A stretch of 64,000 bases of DNA, taken from Cetorhinus maximus (lineage: Eukaryota). Under the pieces are notes generated by a model. The model had not been told where the DNA came from. It worked only from the letters and a program-made list of their open reading frames with translations, and searched no databases. A program made the position numbers and the translations under genes. Of this stretch, positions 40,130 through 53,478 are shown in pieces (the first letter of the stretch is position 1; every line of letters starts with the position of its first letter). Location: contig NC_135905.1 in the NCBI RefSeq assembly GCF_964194155.1, positions 15,066,001 through 15,130,000 of the forward strand, given 5' to 3'.

Positions 40130-40590
40130 TAACAACAACTTGCATTTTTACAGCATCTTTAACAAAGTAAGACATCCTAGGCGCTTGACAGGAGCATTAT
40201 CAAACAGAATTTGAGTGATATTATGAGATATTAGGGCAGGTGATCAAAAGCTTGGTCAAAAAGATAAATTTTAACAAGTATCTTAAAGAAGGAGAGAGTT
40301 CTGGAGGTGGAGAGGTTTAGGGAGGGAATCCCAGAGCACAGAGCAGCTGGAGGCACGGCCATCAAAGGTGAGTGAAGGAAATTGGGGATTCTCAAGAGAC
40401 CAGAATTGGAGGGGTGCAGATATCTCAGGGGGTTGTAGGACTGGAGGAGATGACAGAGATGGAGAGGGGTGAGGCCAAGGATTTGAAAACAAGGATGAAA
40501 ATTTTAAAACTGAGGAGTTGCTGGACCGGGAGCCCATGTAGGGGCGATGAAGAGATGGGACTTGATACGAGTTAGGATACAAACAGCAGA
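40130..40590 (-). mobile_element. L2-type LINE 3' end
   Basis: aacaacaacttgcatttt tail; aggagttgctggaccgggagcccatgtagg; similar to 50198-50530. Confidence 0.65.
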
Positions 40591-41771
40591 GTATTGATAC
40601 TGCAGGCGCTATCAATACATTCATATTTCATTAATCATGGAACATTCAAATATAACAGAAAAGATATGGGTGGATTTATGACTAAGCACTTCTCGTGTAG
40701 GGTGGCAAAATTCAGCTCAAACCCAAATGTACCTGAATTATGCTATAAGAAAAGACTAATTGACAACCTGCCCCTTGGTTGGTGAAGCTTAGAGCTCATG
40801 ATTAATTTGCAATGCAAAATATGGCTCAGCTGTAAGAACAGGCAAGGAGACTCAATACTGAAATGTTAATTTAAAACCTAGCAGTCAAAGTGTGAAAACA
40901 CCAAACATGGATGGGACAATTCCCCAAAATGTACAAAATTTATGCAAAATTGATTTTTTTTTGTGCCGTATTGAGAAACAGGATTATTCAGATTGTTGAT
41001 GAGTTAATTCCCTCGTGAATAACTCACTTTGTTCAATTCTTCTTCTTTGTGTTTGAGAGAGATATTTGAAAAACAAAGCTCCTACTGCAGTTATGTCATC
41101 CACATGAGCTTAGCGAAGGAGACGGTGCATGAATACATTAAAGACAATTTGACACACTGGTCTCTCTCTGCTAGCCAATTTTCTGCGCTGAGTCAGGTGG
41201 CACTAAGAAATATCACACTGAGCTCTGTTTTTGTGTGTATCTCACGCAAAGCAGGGTTAACGCCAACCAGGCATTGTGTCCAGCCTTGGTTGAAAATGTT
41301 TCTTCTCTCAAAGTTAAGCTGAGCTACACCTCTTGAATCCCAAACTCAAGTTCCAATCTCTGTTCCCTCCTGCCCACCAGAAATCTGGGCATCTCCATGG
41401 CAACAGGTTTCCATGGATACCTTGGGGGTGGCATATTTTGATGCAATTACATGCAAATCAGCAGAGGTGGAAGAGTTCCTCATTGAAGCTTGACATTTGC
41501 CTGTTTGATAGATTTTTTAAAAAACAATGAATATTGTTCACGAAAGTGCCTGTAGAGGGAATGAGAGGCACATTTGGTGTTGAACAAGGAAGCTGTCTCA
41601 TGTATTTGTGATTGGTTTTAGAAATATTTTTATGTCAGGTATTGCTCCGTAAACTAATATTAACAAATGTACTTTAATCTTAATAGGAGTTTTGTTATCT
41701 CAGCAGAAGCTTTTTTGATTCAATCAGAAGAAAGGAAACATATAAACCTCACAAAAGGTCAAGTACATGAA

Positions 41772-41798
41772 ACACACACACACACACACACACACACA
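41772..41798. repeat. (AC)n microsatellite
   Basis: About 13 AC units. Confidence 0.95.
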
Positions 41799-42447
41799 AA
41801 GTAATTAATTAAAGGCGCGTATTTCTACATACCACAATTAAAAATCAAGTTAGCAATTTCTTCAAAGGATTACTGCAATTTGAGGCTGTGATGACTGCCA
41901 CTTTAAGACCAGTTCAACTGAATAGAGGATCATTTGATTTGTTCAACCAACGTGTGGCTAGCGCAGGGAAATAAATTCTAGGGCGGGGTTTCCTAGGGAA
42001 CAAAAATGGCTGTGAGAGGGGCTGGCTGGATACAAGCAGCCATGGAAGCGCTCGTGTCAATAAAGTTTGTTTTGCTTGACTAAGGAGCCTCCCACAGTGC
42101 GATTCTACAGAGACAAGAGTCAATTTTAGTGTCATGGTGTAAACTTTGTTCTTGGAAGCTGTGATATTGATTTGCGTGTACACATTACACTTTGTTCATT
42201 TACGGTACTTACAAAGGTTTTGGAATGTCTCCATCTCACTACAGGTGTTACGCTATTACCTGTTTCTGTGTCACATTTTTAAAAATTAGTATTAACAAAG
42301 GGAATAAACCCAATTATTACCGCTCTATATAGAAAGTTCCTCACCAAAAGGCCACAGCATCAAATTGATTCCAGCAATCATATTTAAAACCAAATTAAAT
42401 CCAAAAGCCAACCTGACCACTGGACTTAAGGACCTGGTTAAGGACAA

Positions 42448-43158
42448 GGCTGGATTTTACACTCCCCTGTCAGCAGGTTTGAAGGCAGGGAGCTGTGTAA
42501 AATGCAGCGTCTGACCTCCCGCCCACCCTCGACTTGTCTCTCATTTTATGGGGGCAATGGAGACAATTAATGGCCATTTAATTGTCTCACCCCACCCCCC
42601 CACCTCCCCCCCACCCGCTATCTTATCTTAGCCGCGGCAGAGGGAGGCCCACACCAAGTAGGTAAGCCAGCAGCTTTTACTGGGCAGGCTGGTGTCAGGC
42701 AAGGGGGCGAAAACAACTCCTTTGGGGGTCCCTTGTGCCCATCAGTCACCCCACCACACTCCCCCAAGTCATACCCCTCTTTAACTCTCCCTGCGCCAGT
42801 CTCTCAAACCTACCCACCTCCCACCTCACGCCCATCGCTGGGACCTTCCAGCCAGGACCCATCAATATACCAGACTTATCTTCAAACCGGCCTCCATAAC
42901 CTACTCTTCTTCAGGGACTGGCTTAGTCCCAGCGGTGATCACCACTCGGACCTGAGGTTGCTGGGACTACAGAGCTGCCGGCCAATCAGAAGCAGCTCTC
43001 TAAGGTGGGGCTTGCTCCCTAGATGCCCTGGTCCAGTTAACACCCTGCCAAGCATAAACTGGCTGTGGGGTAGCTGGCTTTCTTGTGGACGGGCTCACAA
43101 CTGACTTTTTATGCAGTGTGGGGGTTACAGGGAACACAGCACCTCATAAAATTTAGCC
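42448..43158. mobile_element. Harbinger-type MITE (related subfamily)
   Basis: TIRs ggctggatttta / taaaatttagcc; 3-bp TSD CAA/CAA; GC-rich interior. Confidence 0.7.
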
Positions 43159-43624
43159 CAATCAAAATCTAACGGATTTCAGGAAGGGACAGCAATTATA
43201 TCTTGTGGACTTAAGGGAGCACTCAGGTTACATACTTGAGTGTTTTATTGCTCCTGTCATAAAGCACACACTAGATCATTTCTTATGTAGAGAAATTGTG
43301 ATGTTTACACATAGTCTCATTCTGGGCCAGAAAGTGGGTCACAACAGGGTCAAAGGGCAGAGGACAATGTAGGAGGGAAAGCAGAGTGAACCCTAGCAAG
43401 GAGGAGGAGGAAGAGTACAAAAATAATCACTGTGTCTCAAGATTAACACCATGAATGGCAGTGTCAGAGGTACCATCTTTCAGGGAAGATGTTAAACTGA
43501 GGCTCATCTGCCTGTTCAGATGGATGCAAAAGATCCCATGTCCCTTGGCACAATTTGAAGAAGAGCAGGAAAGTTCTCCCAATGTCCTGCCATATCTTTA
43601 GTGTTCTGCCACTGAACGTCCACT

Positions 43625-44282
43625 GGCCTGAATTTTTAGCTGGGTGGGCAGGCGTGATTGGCAGGCCCCGGGTTGGCCGGGAACCGGACTGCTGACCACG
43701 ATCGGCCCCCGACTGTGATTTCACGCTGGCTGGCCAGTTAACGGGCAGCCAGTGTGTAGCGCGCGCTGGGAAGCTCAGAGCTGCTGGGGTGGGGACAGGA
43801 AGAGGGCAGGCGCTGACGTCAGCGCGGGCACGGGCGGGCACTGAGAGAAATCTCTCTGAAGGCAGAGAGCTGCCTCAAGGAGCTGCAAACCCAAACATGT
43901 TCCAATAAAGTTTTAAAAAAGCAGAAAAAAAATGTTCGAGCATCACAATCAGGCACCTGAAAATATAGATGATCAAAATGCTGCCCACAGATTTTTATTT
44001 TTATTTTATCTCATAACCTTGGATGAGGTTTCATGAAAAATGTACAAGTTGCCTGGCCAATTTGACGTCCGCCAACTGTAAGGTTGGACAGGCAATGAAA
44101 TACAGCAGACAACTGCACCCTCTTAACTGTCGGCGGGAGCACTTCTGACTTCGTGCACCCGCCAGGTGTAATATCGCATGAGTGCACGGTGATGTCGGGA
44201 CGCTCGCCCAATGTCATCTCGCGCAATTTCATGCCCGATCGGGTTGCGCACACGCCCACCCGACCAACGTAAAATTCAGCCC
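43625..44282. mobile_element. Harbinger-type MITE, inverted relative to 39068-39759, next to a DeuSINE-like fragment (~43455-43600)
   Basis: TIRs ggcctgaatttt / aaaattcagccc; TSD ACT/ACT. Confidence 0.82.
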
Positions 44283-45196
44283 ACTGAGTCTAACAAGGAC
44301 TAAGGCCACACTCCTGATAAAGAAAGGGAGTCCCATCCCACAGAGCCATCCAGACGATTCAGCATTGCATCAGGATCCTGCCGCCCTTGTAAATTATGAA
44401 CAACATTGATTTTCAAGGCCAAAGTTTTTCAAACATCTGTTGACACACTTGAGATGCTGGTGAGAAGTAATTGAAATGCAGTTTTTAATCACCTGCTGGT
44501 CAGCAGAGGGAGCACTAGAGCAACATTCACAGGATTTCACAGATCAGATCCTGGACATACCACCCCACTCCATTCCTTACCTCCTGAAGGTTTTTACCTC
44601 TGGCTGGGTTGGTTCCACAGGTACCAGTCGCCTACTGGCATGTTGCCCCTGTGGGCGTTATTCATGGTCAAGCTGTTGAGCAGAAGGTGGGACAGCAGAG
44701 TTAAGCCTGACCCCTGCCCTCCCAATTAGCAAGATCAAGCAATTTACTCGTCCCCTCCGATTATCGTCACCCATCCTGCAGTCCTGGCTGTGATCTACCT
44801 CAGCCCAGACTGTCAATAAAACCTGGGCCCTTCCTGACATCCACAGCCGAATACTCACAGGCTATCCCACTGGGGGAACATTCTGTTTCAATCTAATGGG
44901 TCAATCCCACAGGAATTATTTAATGTTCAGCCAAGTGACTGATGTCCTGTATTTTGTACATTGTAGTTTATGGAGTAAAACAAAGTGAAATCATGACATA
45001 TTTTCATCTGTTGAGACTGGTTAATAACGCCTACAGCTTGCATTTCGGTATCTGTTAACTAGGAGGTTTTGTGCTGTCATATTGTAAAGATGGTGTTGCA
45101 AATGACAAAAGATGGTACAATGTGCAAAATTAAACTGTGCAGACGTTAAACATTCTGTTTTGTTTTTTCCTCCTCCCACCCCCCCCACCTCCCCAG

Positions 45197-45396
45197 GGAA
45201 GATCTTTGTACACTGTGCTTTTGGATACAGCAGATCAGCCTCTTTAGTGTTGGCCTACTTGATGATTTATCATCACCTTTCACTGCTCGATGCAGTTAAG
45301 ACAGTGACTGCTCGCCGACGTATTTTTCCCAATCGAGGTTTTTTAAGGCAGTTACGGAATTTTGACATAAAATTACAACAGGAAAGGATTGTTTGA
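45197..45396 (+). CDS. DUSP13A: DUSP13A coding exon 3 (catalytic HCAFGYSRS); spliced product 195 aa
   Basis: ccccag|GG AAG ATC; [33 protein letters not shown]; TGA ends 45396; 170+218+200 = 588 nt. Position head-to-head with SAMD8 matches mammalian synteny. Confidence 0.93.
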
Positions 45397-45646
45397 TGTT
45401 CTTCCTCTATTGAGTCTGAACTGTGGCTTTTTGACAATGCTTAACGATACCTGTGTGCAGCATCGCTAGCATTCACCATTATGGCATTCTGTGTACCACT
45501 GGGATTGCAGCTAATATGGTTTAAAATCCCATCGCATTATCAACAGAGATACAGGTTCACCTCAATTCTTATCTCAGTCAAAATGAACTTATATCAGATT
45601 TGTAAACGTTTTGCTTTTTATTTCACCGCTATCTTAGCAGCATGAT

Positions 45647-45652
45647 AATAAA
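45647..45652 (+). terminator. Candidate polyadenylation signal of DUSP13A (second AATAAA at 45803)
   Basis: AATAAA about 250 nt after the stop codon. Confidence 0.5.
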
Positions 45653-45984
45653 ATGCATCAACATCAATTCTGCATCAATCATCAGTATATTAACATATCC
45701 ACAGTTTAGTAACCACACAAGCCCCCTGTCACTCGGTCAGATTGTTTAATATTCTATTTAAATATAATCAGTAATTTTGTACAGCCTCTTTAAAAAAAAA
45801 TGAATAAATATTCAGCTTATCACCCGGACTGTCATATTCCATTTGGGTTATTGCCATTCATGATTATGAAGCTAGGTTACTTGGCGAATGTTTTATGTGT
45901 TTAACTCAGTGATACAAATTCACAATGGTTTGTTGTCACTCAAACAGTTAAAACCATTGGTTTTAATGAAGACTTTTTTTAAAG

Positions 45985-46365
45985 CCCAGGGCAACACTTT
46001 TGCCTCTGATTTGGAAGATTGTGGGTTCAACCTTCGTTCTAAAGACTTGAGCACATACCCGAGGCTTTAGCACCTTAGCGCCACACTGGTGGAGAGCTGC
46101 AATGTTTGACCTGCCTTTTTTTTGTATGAGACATTAACCTGAGGTTCCATCTGTCCCCTCATATTAAAGGCTCCATGGCCCTATTCAAAGAAGAGTAGGT
46201 GAGTTCCACTGATGGCCAACATTTATCCCTTAAGGAAACAAATTATCTACTCACTTATCTCATTGCTATGTGTGGGATCCTGCTGCGTTCAACTTGGTTG
46301 TCCTGTTTGTCCACATACAGTAGTAAATACACTTCAAAAGTAATTAATTGTGAATTAATAGGGCT
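45985..46365 (+). mobile_element. DeuSINE (SacSINE1-like), degenerate
   Basis: tRNA-like gtgggttcaacc head, then atgagacattaacctgagg..ccatggccctattcaaagaagag..ggccaacatttatccct. Confidence 0.55.
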
Positions 46366-46884
46366 TGTGAAGCCCTTTCTGAGAGCTTTTTCCTCTCCCA
46401 ATAAGTTGGATACTCTTACCTTTTTAGGTCATGGCTGAGGCCTGTTCCTCTCTCATTTGGGGGGAGAGGGGAGGGGGTGGGTGTGGGGGGCTTCTGCCTA
46501 TTTTAAACTGTTCTGCCTCTACAAGTGTTGACCCTGTACCAGCACTGTCAGAATGTCCCTTATTGGCAGAAGTGAGCTGCCACTTACTAGTGGGAATCCA
46601 ACTGGAAGCCTATCCTGCGAAGCTAATGACCCCTGACCCAAACTTTTATGTATAACTACCCCCCACCCCACTCCATCACACGGGAAGAACACCAAGACCG
46701 GAAAGCTTGCCAACATCCATGCACCACCACTGAGAAACTGGAGGAGGGAAATGCTATTGCTTTGAGAAAATGCCCATCATTGATAGCAGTCAGGCAAAAT
46801 ATTTGATTCATAATCCAAGGGTTGTGAATACAACCTCAAACTGAGATCTTTCATTGGGGAGAGTTTCGCTGCACACCAAAATGA

Positions 46885-47212
46885 GGGGGGAGATGGTGGT
46901 CTAATGGTAATGTCACTGGTCTAGTAATCCTGAGGCCCAGGCTAATGATCTGGGGACATGCGCTCGCATAGCAGCTGATGGAATTTAAATTTAATTAAGA
47001 AATATGGAATATAAAACTAGTCTCTGTAATTGTGACCACAACAACTATCATCGATTTTGTAAAAACCTACCAGGTCCACTAATGTCCTTTAGGGAAGGAA
47101 ATTTGCCATCCTTACCTGGTCTGGCCCACATGTCACTCCAGACCCACAGCTAAAGTGTGGTTGACTCTGTAGCCACTCAGTTCAAGGGCAATTAAGGGTG
47201 GGCAATAAATCC
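46885..47212 (+). mobile_element. tRNA-headed SINE (LINE 5' head joined to LINE 3' tail)
   Basis: ggggagatggtggtctaatggtaatgtcactgg head, body shared with 37230-37518, junction gccactcagtt|caagggcaattaagggtgggcaataaat. Confidence 0.75.
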
Positions 47213-47344
47213 TGAACCATTGCCATCAAGCACATGCCTTTGTTCTACTTCAGCTCCCATTTCAGCATTATCAAACTGGTTGTATTGATTGTCTGACTTT
47301 AGCACACATCATCATTTCCTCTGCAACTCCTGGCAGATAGGAAC

Positions 47345-47610
47345 ACAGATATTAAGAAATAGGGTCAGAGTAAGACATTCAGTTCCTCAAGCCTGCTCCG
47401 CCATTTAATAAGAGCATGGCGGATCTGACTGTGGCCTAACTCTACTTTCCTCCCTGCCCCCCATAACCCTCGACTCCCTTGCCGATCAAGAATCTGTGTA
47501 ACTCAGCCTTAAATATATTCAATGATCCAGCCTCCACTGCTCTCTGGTCTAGAGAATTCCAAAGACTACCGACCCTCTGAGAGAAGGAATTCCTCCTCAT
47601 TTCCATCTTG
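47345..47610 (-). mobile_element. CR1 3' end
   Basis: Matches 4820-5075. Confidence 0.8.
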
Positions 47611-48349
47611 AGTAATGCTGAATGCAGTCGTTACTTGATTCAAGAGTCAAGGCAGCTCCAGGACTTCAGCTCCTCACCCAAGATCCTCGTGACCTATCTG
47701 TGAGGCACTGAACCCTCATTTAACACAGCTCAAGAAAGCAGTAATTAGCTCATTTTGTGCTGATGCGAGATCATTTATTCATACAACTGCAGGTTCTGTC
47801 TGGCCTGCCATCTCCATGTCTTATTCCAATCAGGTTTCATTAAAATGCACATCATATATTAAATAAGTAATGAAAGAAAGCATTTTCTAAAGCACCACCG
47901 CCAAATTATCTAATTGCTGTCACTGCTTTGGGCACCTGGCACTTCCCAACTTAAGAAAACATTTCCACTTGAATTGCTTTTTCCCTTAATAAACAATGAC
48001 GAGAAAACCAGCCCTCCTGCCACCATGATTCAGTCTCATGCAGCCTAGCCTTCAAGTGAACCCTCTTTATAAACACAGAATCCCTTGACTGTACGTCACA
48101 CTGAGGTTATGTTTCACTTTCTGTGCCTTGTCAAGGACAAGCGCATGGAGGGAGGCAGATGACAAAGCCAATCTGTAAAAATATTTATTTCCAGCTTTTA
48201 AGACACAAATAAAGCAGGGAATATTTTTTAGGACAGTATATACCGCAGCTTAAAGCCCAGAAATATATTAAATCCACACACAATGCCTCATAATTAGGTT
48301 CATTCAGACTTAGCTTTTTCTCCAAAATAGTTCACACATGCAAACGGAC

Positions 48350-49120
48350 TCAGAGCAGGAGCAGGTCATTCGGCCCCTCAAACCAGCTCCGCCATTTGAT
48401 AAGGTGATGGCTGATCTGATTGTGGCCTCAATTTCACTTTCCAGTCTACCCCGCACCCCTGTCACCCTTTGACTCCTTTGTTGATCAAGAATCTATTTAC
48501 CTCAGCCTTTAAAGTATTTAATGGCCCAGCCTCCACTGCTCTCTGGGGAATAGAATTCCACAGACCAAATACCCTCTGAAAGAAAAAAATTCTCCTCAGC
48601 TCCATCTGAAATGGGAGACCCTTTAATTTTAAACTGTGCTCCCTAGTTCTAGTTTCTCCCACAAGGGGAAACGTCCCCTCTGCATCCACTCTGTCAATTC
48701 CCCTCAGGATCTTATGTGTTTCAATAAGATCACCTCTCATCCTTCTAAACTCCAATGGATACAGGCCCAACCTCTCCAAACTTTCCTCACAACATAATCC
48801 CTTCACCCCAGGAATCAGTCAAGTGAACCTTCTTTGAATTGCTTCTAATGCTTTTATATCCTTCCTCAAGTAAGGAGACCAAAATTGTACACAGTACTCC
48901 AGATGTGGTCTCACCAAGGCCCTGTACAATGGTAGCAAAAACTTATACCTACTATACCAAAAACCTACTTTTATATTCCATTCCCTTTACAATAAATGAC
49001 AATATTCCATTTGCCTTCCTAATCACTTGCTGTACCTGCATATTAACATTTTGTGATTCATGTGCCAGGACAACTAAATCCCTCTGTGCCACAGAGTTTT
49101 GCAATCTTTCTCCATTTTAT
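48350..49120 (-). mobile_element. CR1 3' fragment
   Basis: ORF 48462-48806 LERLGLYPLEFRRMRGDLIETHKIL. Confidence 0.88.
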
Positions 49121-50197
49121 ACTCATTAAACGCATAATAAACTTCTAAATAACTCCTAAAACTTGTCTTTTCTACCGTTTGCCAGAAAAGTCCAGTCATT
49201 GCATCAAAACAAACAATTTAACACAAAACCTTAAAAATACAAACTATTTGCAAAAATAATTCATTAATATGTCCCCTGTCTATTAAAAACATTTTGGTAT
49301 ACCATATTCAATCATATATCAACAGTTATATTACCTGACATTCACATCCATACAGTCTCAAGTAACACAATGTAATGACATACAATATGTTGCAATAAGG
49401 TATCACACAATGCCATACAATCTTATATCGTTCACTTCAACAGGATGTCCCACCACTGTAATCTTATCATCAGGAGAGAACAGAAGCAACAACGCTGTGG
49501 GAACACAGGCACCTCCAAGTCACACACTATCCTGACTCGGACATATCTTGCCACTCCTCCATTTGTGCTGGGTCGGGATCCTGGAATTCCCTTCCTTACA
49601 CCACCATAAAGGAGTGAAATGCTTCAAACAACACATCCTGCACTGACTTCCCAGGGCAACTAGTGATGGGAAATGAATACCCCCTTTTCCACATCACCCA
49701 AGAACAAACTAAAACAGGATGGCTCAAAAACAAAAATTGACTTTATAAGTGAAACAGATTATTATAAGCTCATATAACCCAATGGCAAAGTCACATTCAG
49801 AACAGTGAGTGTAATTTGGGGAACATGCCTACAATAGGACATTGCTATTTCAGAGATCATTCATAGAAAAATGAAAGCGATGAATCCAGGGCACAGAATT
49901 CTAGAATATGAAAACCCTTTATTTAATTTATTTTCGATGTTGAATGAAGGGTTCAGGAAAGATCTGATGCAGGTCTTTCAAATGCTTAAAAGCAAAATAA
50001 TGTAAATATAGGCAAGTTATTTTAGTTAAGCTGTGGCCAAAGAGCTAGAGAGCACAAGTAGCAAAAAGGATTACATTTTTAAAAATCCCCTCCACACAGA
50101 CAGATTAGTTAATACAGGAAATAGACACCTTTGATCAAAAGTAACAAACAGTGAATTGATCTAATTCATTTTTAAAACTGCGCAATTAATATTTCAG

Positions 50198-50700
50198 AAC
50201 AACAGCTTGTATTTATATATCACCTTTAACATAGTAAGATATCCCAAGGTGCTTCACAGAGGCTTTGGCAGACAAAAACTAAATTTGGTACCAAGCTACA
50301 TGGAGAGACATTGGTTTGATCAGAGAGATTAATTTTAAGGAGCATCTTAAAGGAGAAGAGAGAGGTAGAAGCCAGGAAGATTTAAGGAGGGAATTCCCGG
50401 GCTTAGGGCTTCTGCGGCTGAAGGCATGGCTACCAATGGTGGAATGATTAAAATCAGGGATGTGCATGAAGCCTGAGTTGGAGCAGAGCAGAGACCTTGG
50501 GTGATTGCAGGGATGGAGGAGGGTTCAGAGATAGGGGCCAGGATTTCCCGGTTGGCGAGCGGGGGGGCGGGGCCCGCTCGCCGACCCGTAAAATGACACA
50601 GGATGACATCAGGCAGAACTCCCGACGTCTCCACGCCTCATTTCAATTTGCTGGTCGGCGGGGGCCCAGCTGAATCTGATATGAGCCAGCCGACCTGTCA
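50198..50700 (-). mobile_element. L2 3' end (to ~50530) followed by a truncated Harbinger-type MITE arm (~50534-50700)
   Basis: aacaacagcttgtatttatat tail; gggccaggatttcccggttggcgagcggg TIR-like start similar to 62034. Confidence 0.6.
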
Positions 50701-51289
50701 ACATCAACTTCACAACCGCATTACCTACATTTTTTTACCTGTGGTGAATAATCTTTCTGAGGAGCTGATTGAAACCATGGATGGGCAAACTGTACATGGT
50801 ATCTTCAAGATATACCTTTAAAATGATAGAATTAACACAATTGCTTCTTACACAGGCGCAACTGTTTGATTCAATATCTAACTTTGCAATAATCATATGG
50901 AGAATTTTGAGTAGAACTGGTACCAACCAGCTTTAGAATGGATGTTACAGAAATAACTGTCATATATACTAGCACAATAAAACCTATTGTTTGAAATAAA
51001 AGTCAATTTCTTTTCACTGACATCTTATGTCTTATGATCCAGAGCCTTCAATTAATAAATTTATCAAGAATTTCAAGAAGCAAATCAAACCTTTTAGCCA
51101 AAGCCATGATCCTGCCTTCTGCCTCATTCCTACCTGTGGTCACTTTTGCACTTGGTGGAATGTTCCAAACTCATTCCTGAGTAACACGTCTGGAGAAGAA
51201 ATCACCATGAGGCTTGAGTGGCTGCCTCTTTGGGTTGGCGGAACATTTCTTTATGCATGAAAAGCTTTGGAAGAAAGAATGGCTGGGGC

Positions 51290-51465
51290 AGAGTGTTGAG
51301 AGAGCTGCCTCACAGACTAGTCAAGCAACAGCCTGACATAGTCATACTCACAGAATCATGCCTTACAGCTAATGTCCCAGGCACCACCATCACCATCTCT
51401 GGGTATGTCCTGTCCCCACCAGCAGGACAGACCCAGAAGAGGTGGTGGCACAGTGGTATACAGTG
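51290..51465 (+). mobile_element. Endonuclease fragment of the tRNA-headed LINE family
   Basis: ELPHRLVKQQPDIVILTESCL..SGYVLS, near-identical to 36950-37080 on the minus strand. Confidence 0.8.
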
Positions 51466-53308
51466 ACACCCACATCTTATAAACAAATTTAAAAAAGAGT
51501 CCATTGCATCGGTTTCAGGCAAAGCTGGACATATATTTGAAGCAGAAACAATACAGGGTCGATCACGTCCTTGTGCAGTGGGACTAATTTTGGTTTGTTG
51601 CAGCAAAGAGCCAGCATGGACACAATAGTCCAAATGTCCTCTTTCTGAAATGTAAATTCACTGGTTCTTTGGTGTTGTTCACTTTGTTTTCCAAGGAAAA
51701 AACCCTCCTTGTGTTGGTCCTGTGAGGAAAGCTGAAGCTTCTAACTTTTGCACCATTTAGTACAGTACAAGACAGGAGATATTATGGCTGTATATCATTG
51801 GACAGTCATATATAAAATCTCAGGGACAGTACAATTGGGTGTAGAGGTTGGAAACTGATAGCACAGAGCTGCATGCATTAACAGGCTTTGCCATGGGGGG
51901 AGCTGTAAAGCAAAATAACCAAATTAACTAAATGACCCCCAAATGAAGAAATTACGAACAAGATTTACTTTAACGTGAATCAGAATCAATGTAAAGTAAG
52001 CACGGATTAACAGGCAAATGGTACTTCAAATAAAAAGGCAAATTTCACTTTAACTAGTCAGTACATCAAAGATATGTCTTACACAAACACAAGCATTTCC
52101 CTTTAGCATGTATAGCATTACGTAGCTACACAGTCCCACAATATGCTGTTCTTCATTCACACAGGGGGGATCAGGAGTCCTGTCCAACAACAAGTTTCAC
52201 CCCTTGAGTTTCACGTGTGTAATTATCATCAGCAAGGCACACTGCTATGAACTCTGCTTTCCACGGGTCATGACAGTCCTGATGGTACAGCTCCCCAGAG
52301 CTCCTTTTCTATCAACCAGTCAATAACATCCTGAGTCACGGTTTGGCCTCTTCTGAGAAAACACCCAGCTCTTTAGCATCTCCAAGCTATTTCACAGAGC
52401 TTTATAGGTTTTTGCCAGCTCACAGAGCTCCAAGACCTCCTGTTTCTTTTTTTGCCAAACAGCACAACTGACCTCTTCCTGAGGGTGAGTTGCTTCTTTT
52501 CCTCACAAGGATTCTCTGTGTTCCTCTTTCTATCTGCTTTCCCTTTGAGTCTGCATCTGTGCATTCACTCTCCAGCTCCTCTGCTTGTAGCTCTCCTTTG
52601 TGTCTGGCCACATGGCTTTTCGTCTTAACTTCCTTTCTGTTGGTGCTTCCAGGTCAATGGTCACCAGGTCATACATGCTAGTATTTCTTATTATCCAAGA
52701 AATAAATTGCCAAATCAATAAATTGATCCCTTTACAGTTAATGCAAACTATTAAAAGTCCTTTCCAACATTCTTAAAAACAATACAGATTCCACAGACAT
52801 CTTAAAGAAATTACAAGTTTCCCCTACTCTACTGCTTCTGGATCAAAGATCACACAGTCCATAAGCCAGTGTAAGACATTCAGTGTGGGAATATAATGGA
52901 CAGCTAGCTGAGCTTTGCCCATTAACCAGCAAGCCAACTTGGGTGCTACCATTAAACAGGTGAAGGTTGCATGGTGGAAGACTGACTGTCCCACTTACCA
53001 TGACCAGTCACACAGTGTGCAGCCAACATCATTTCTCATCTATTCTAAATTAAACTGGAGTGGAATTTATTGAAGTCTTCTATGATATGCTTTGTATTAA
53101 AAGCAGAAATTTAAATGTTGTACAGCATAAAATGGAGACTGCTCTTAATAGACATGTGGCGGCATGAAATGGAGCAGGGAATCACAGCTGTTTGCAAATG
53201 TCAAAGCGATCAGCATAATCGCATACACAGTAATGAACATTTAAACAGTGAATGTTGGGGAGGACTGACAAGCCTGCAAAAGCAATATTTCCGGAGAAAC
53301 TGAGGACC

Positions 53309-53478
53309 ATGTCAACAACTGAATCTCTATCCGGAGACAGTCCTGATCCCTCCATTGGTAACACCATCTGTGATTCAAAAACTCCTTCTGTTATAGAACT
53401 GGAGAGTATCCTGGAGAACAGCAGAGCCCAGCTAAACCATATTGATGAAGTATGGCCTAACCTATACATCGGAGATTT
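53309..53478 (+). CDS. Second DUSP13/DUSP29-family phosphatase, coding exon 1 (alternative in-frame ATG at 53252)
   Basis: accATG; MSTTESLSG..KTPSVIELESILENSRAQLNHIDEVWPNLYIGD; donor GATTT|gtaagt; 170 nt, same as DUSP13A exon 1. Confidence 0.88.

Noticed and set aside
45112-45196. N-terminal extensions of ORF-track calls (45112, 33874) and read-through tails past splice donors
   Set aside because: Intronic; they lie outside clear AG/GT splice sites.
51904-52815. Possible solo LTR (TGT...ACA)
   Set aside because: No TSD, no second copy and no internal domain; too weak to call.
53252-53308. Upstream ATG as start of the second DUSP
   Set aside because: Possible, but 53309 has better Kozak context and gives the same 170-nt exon as the paralogue.
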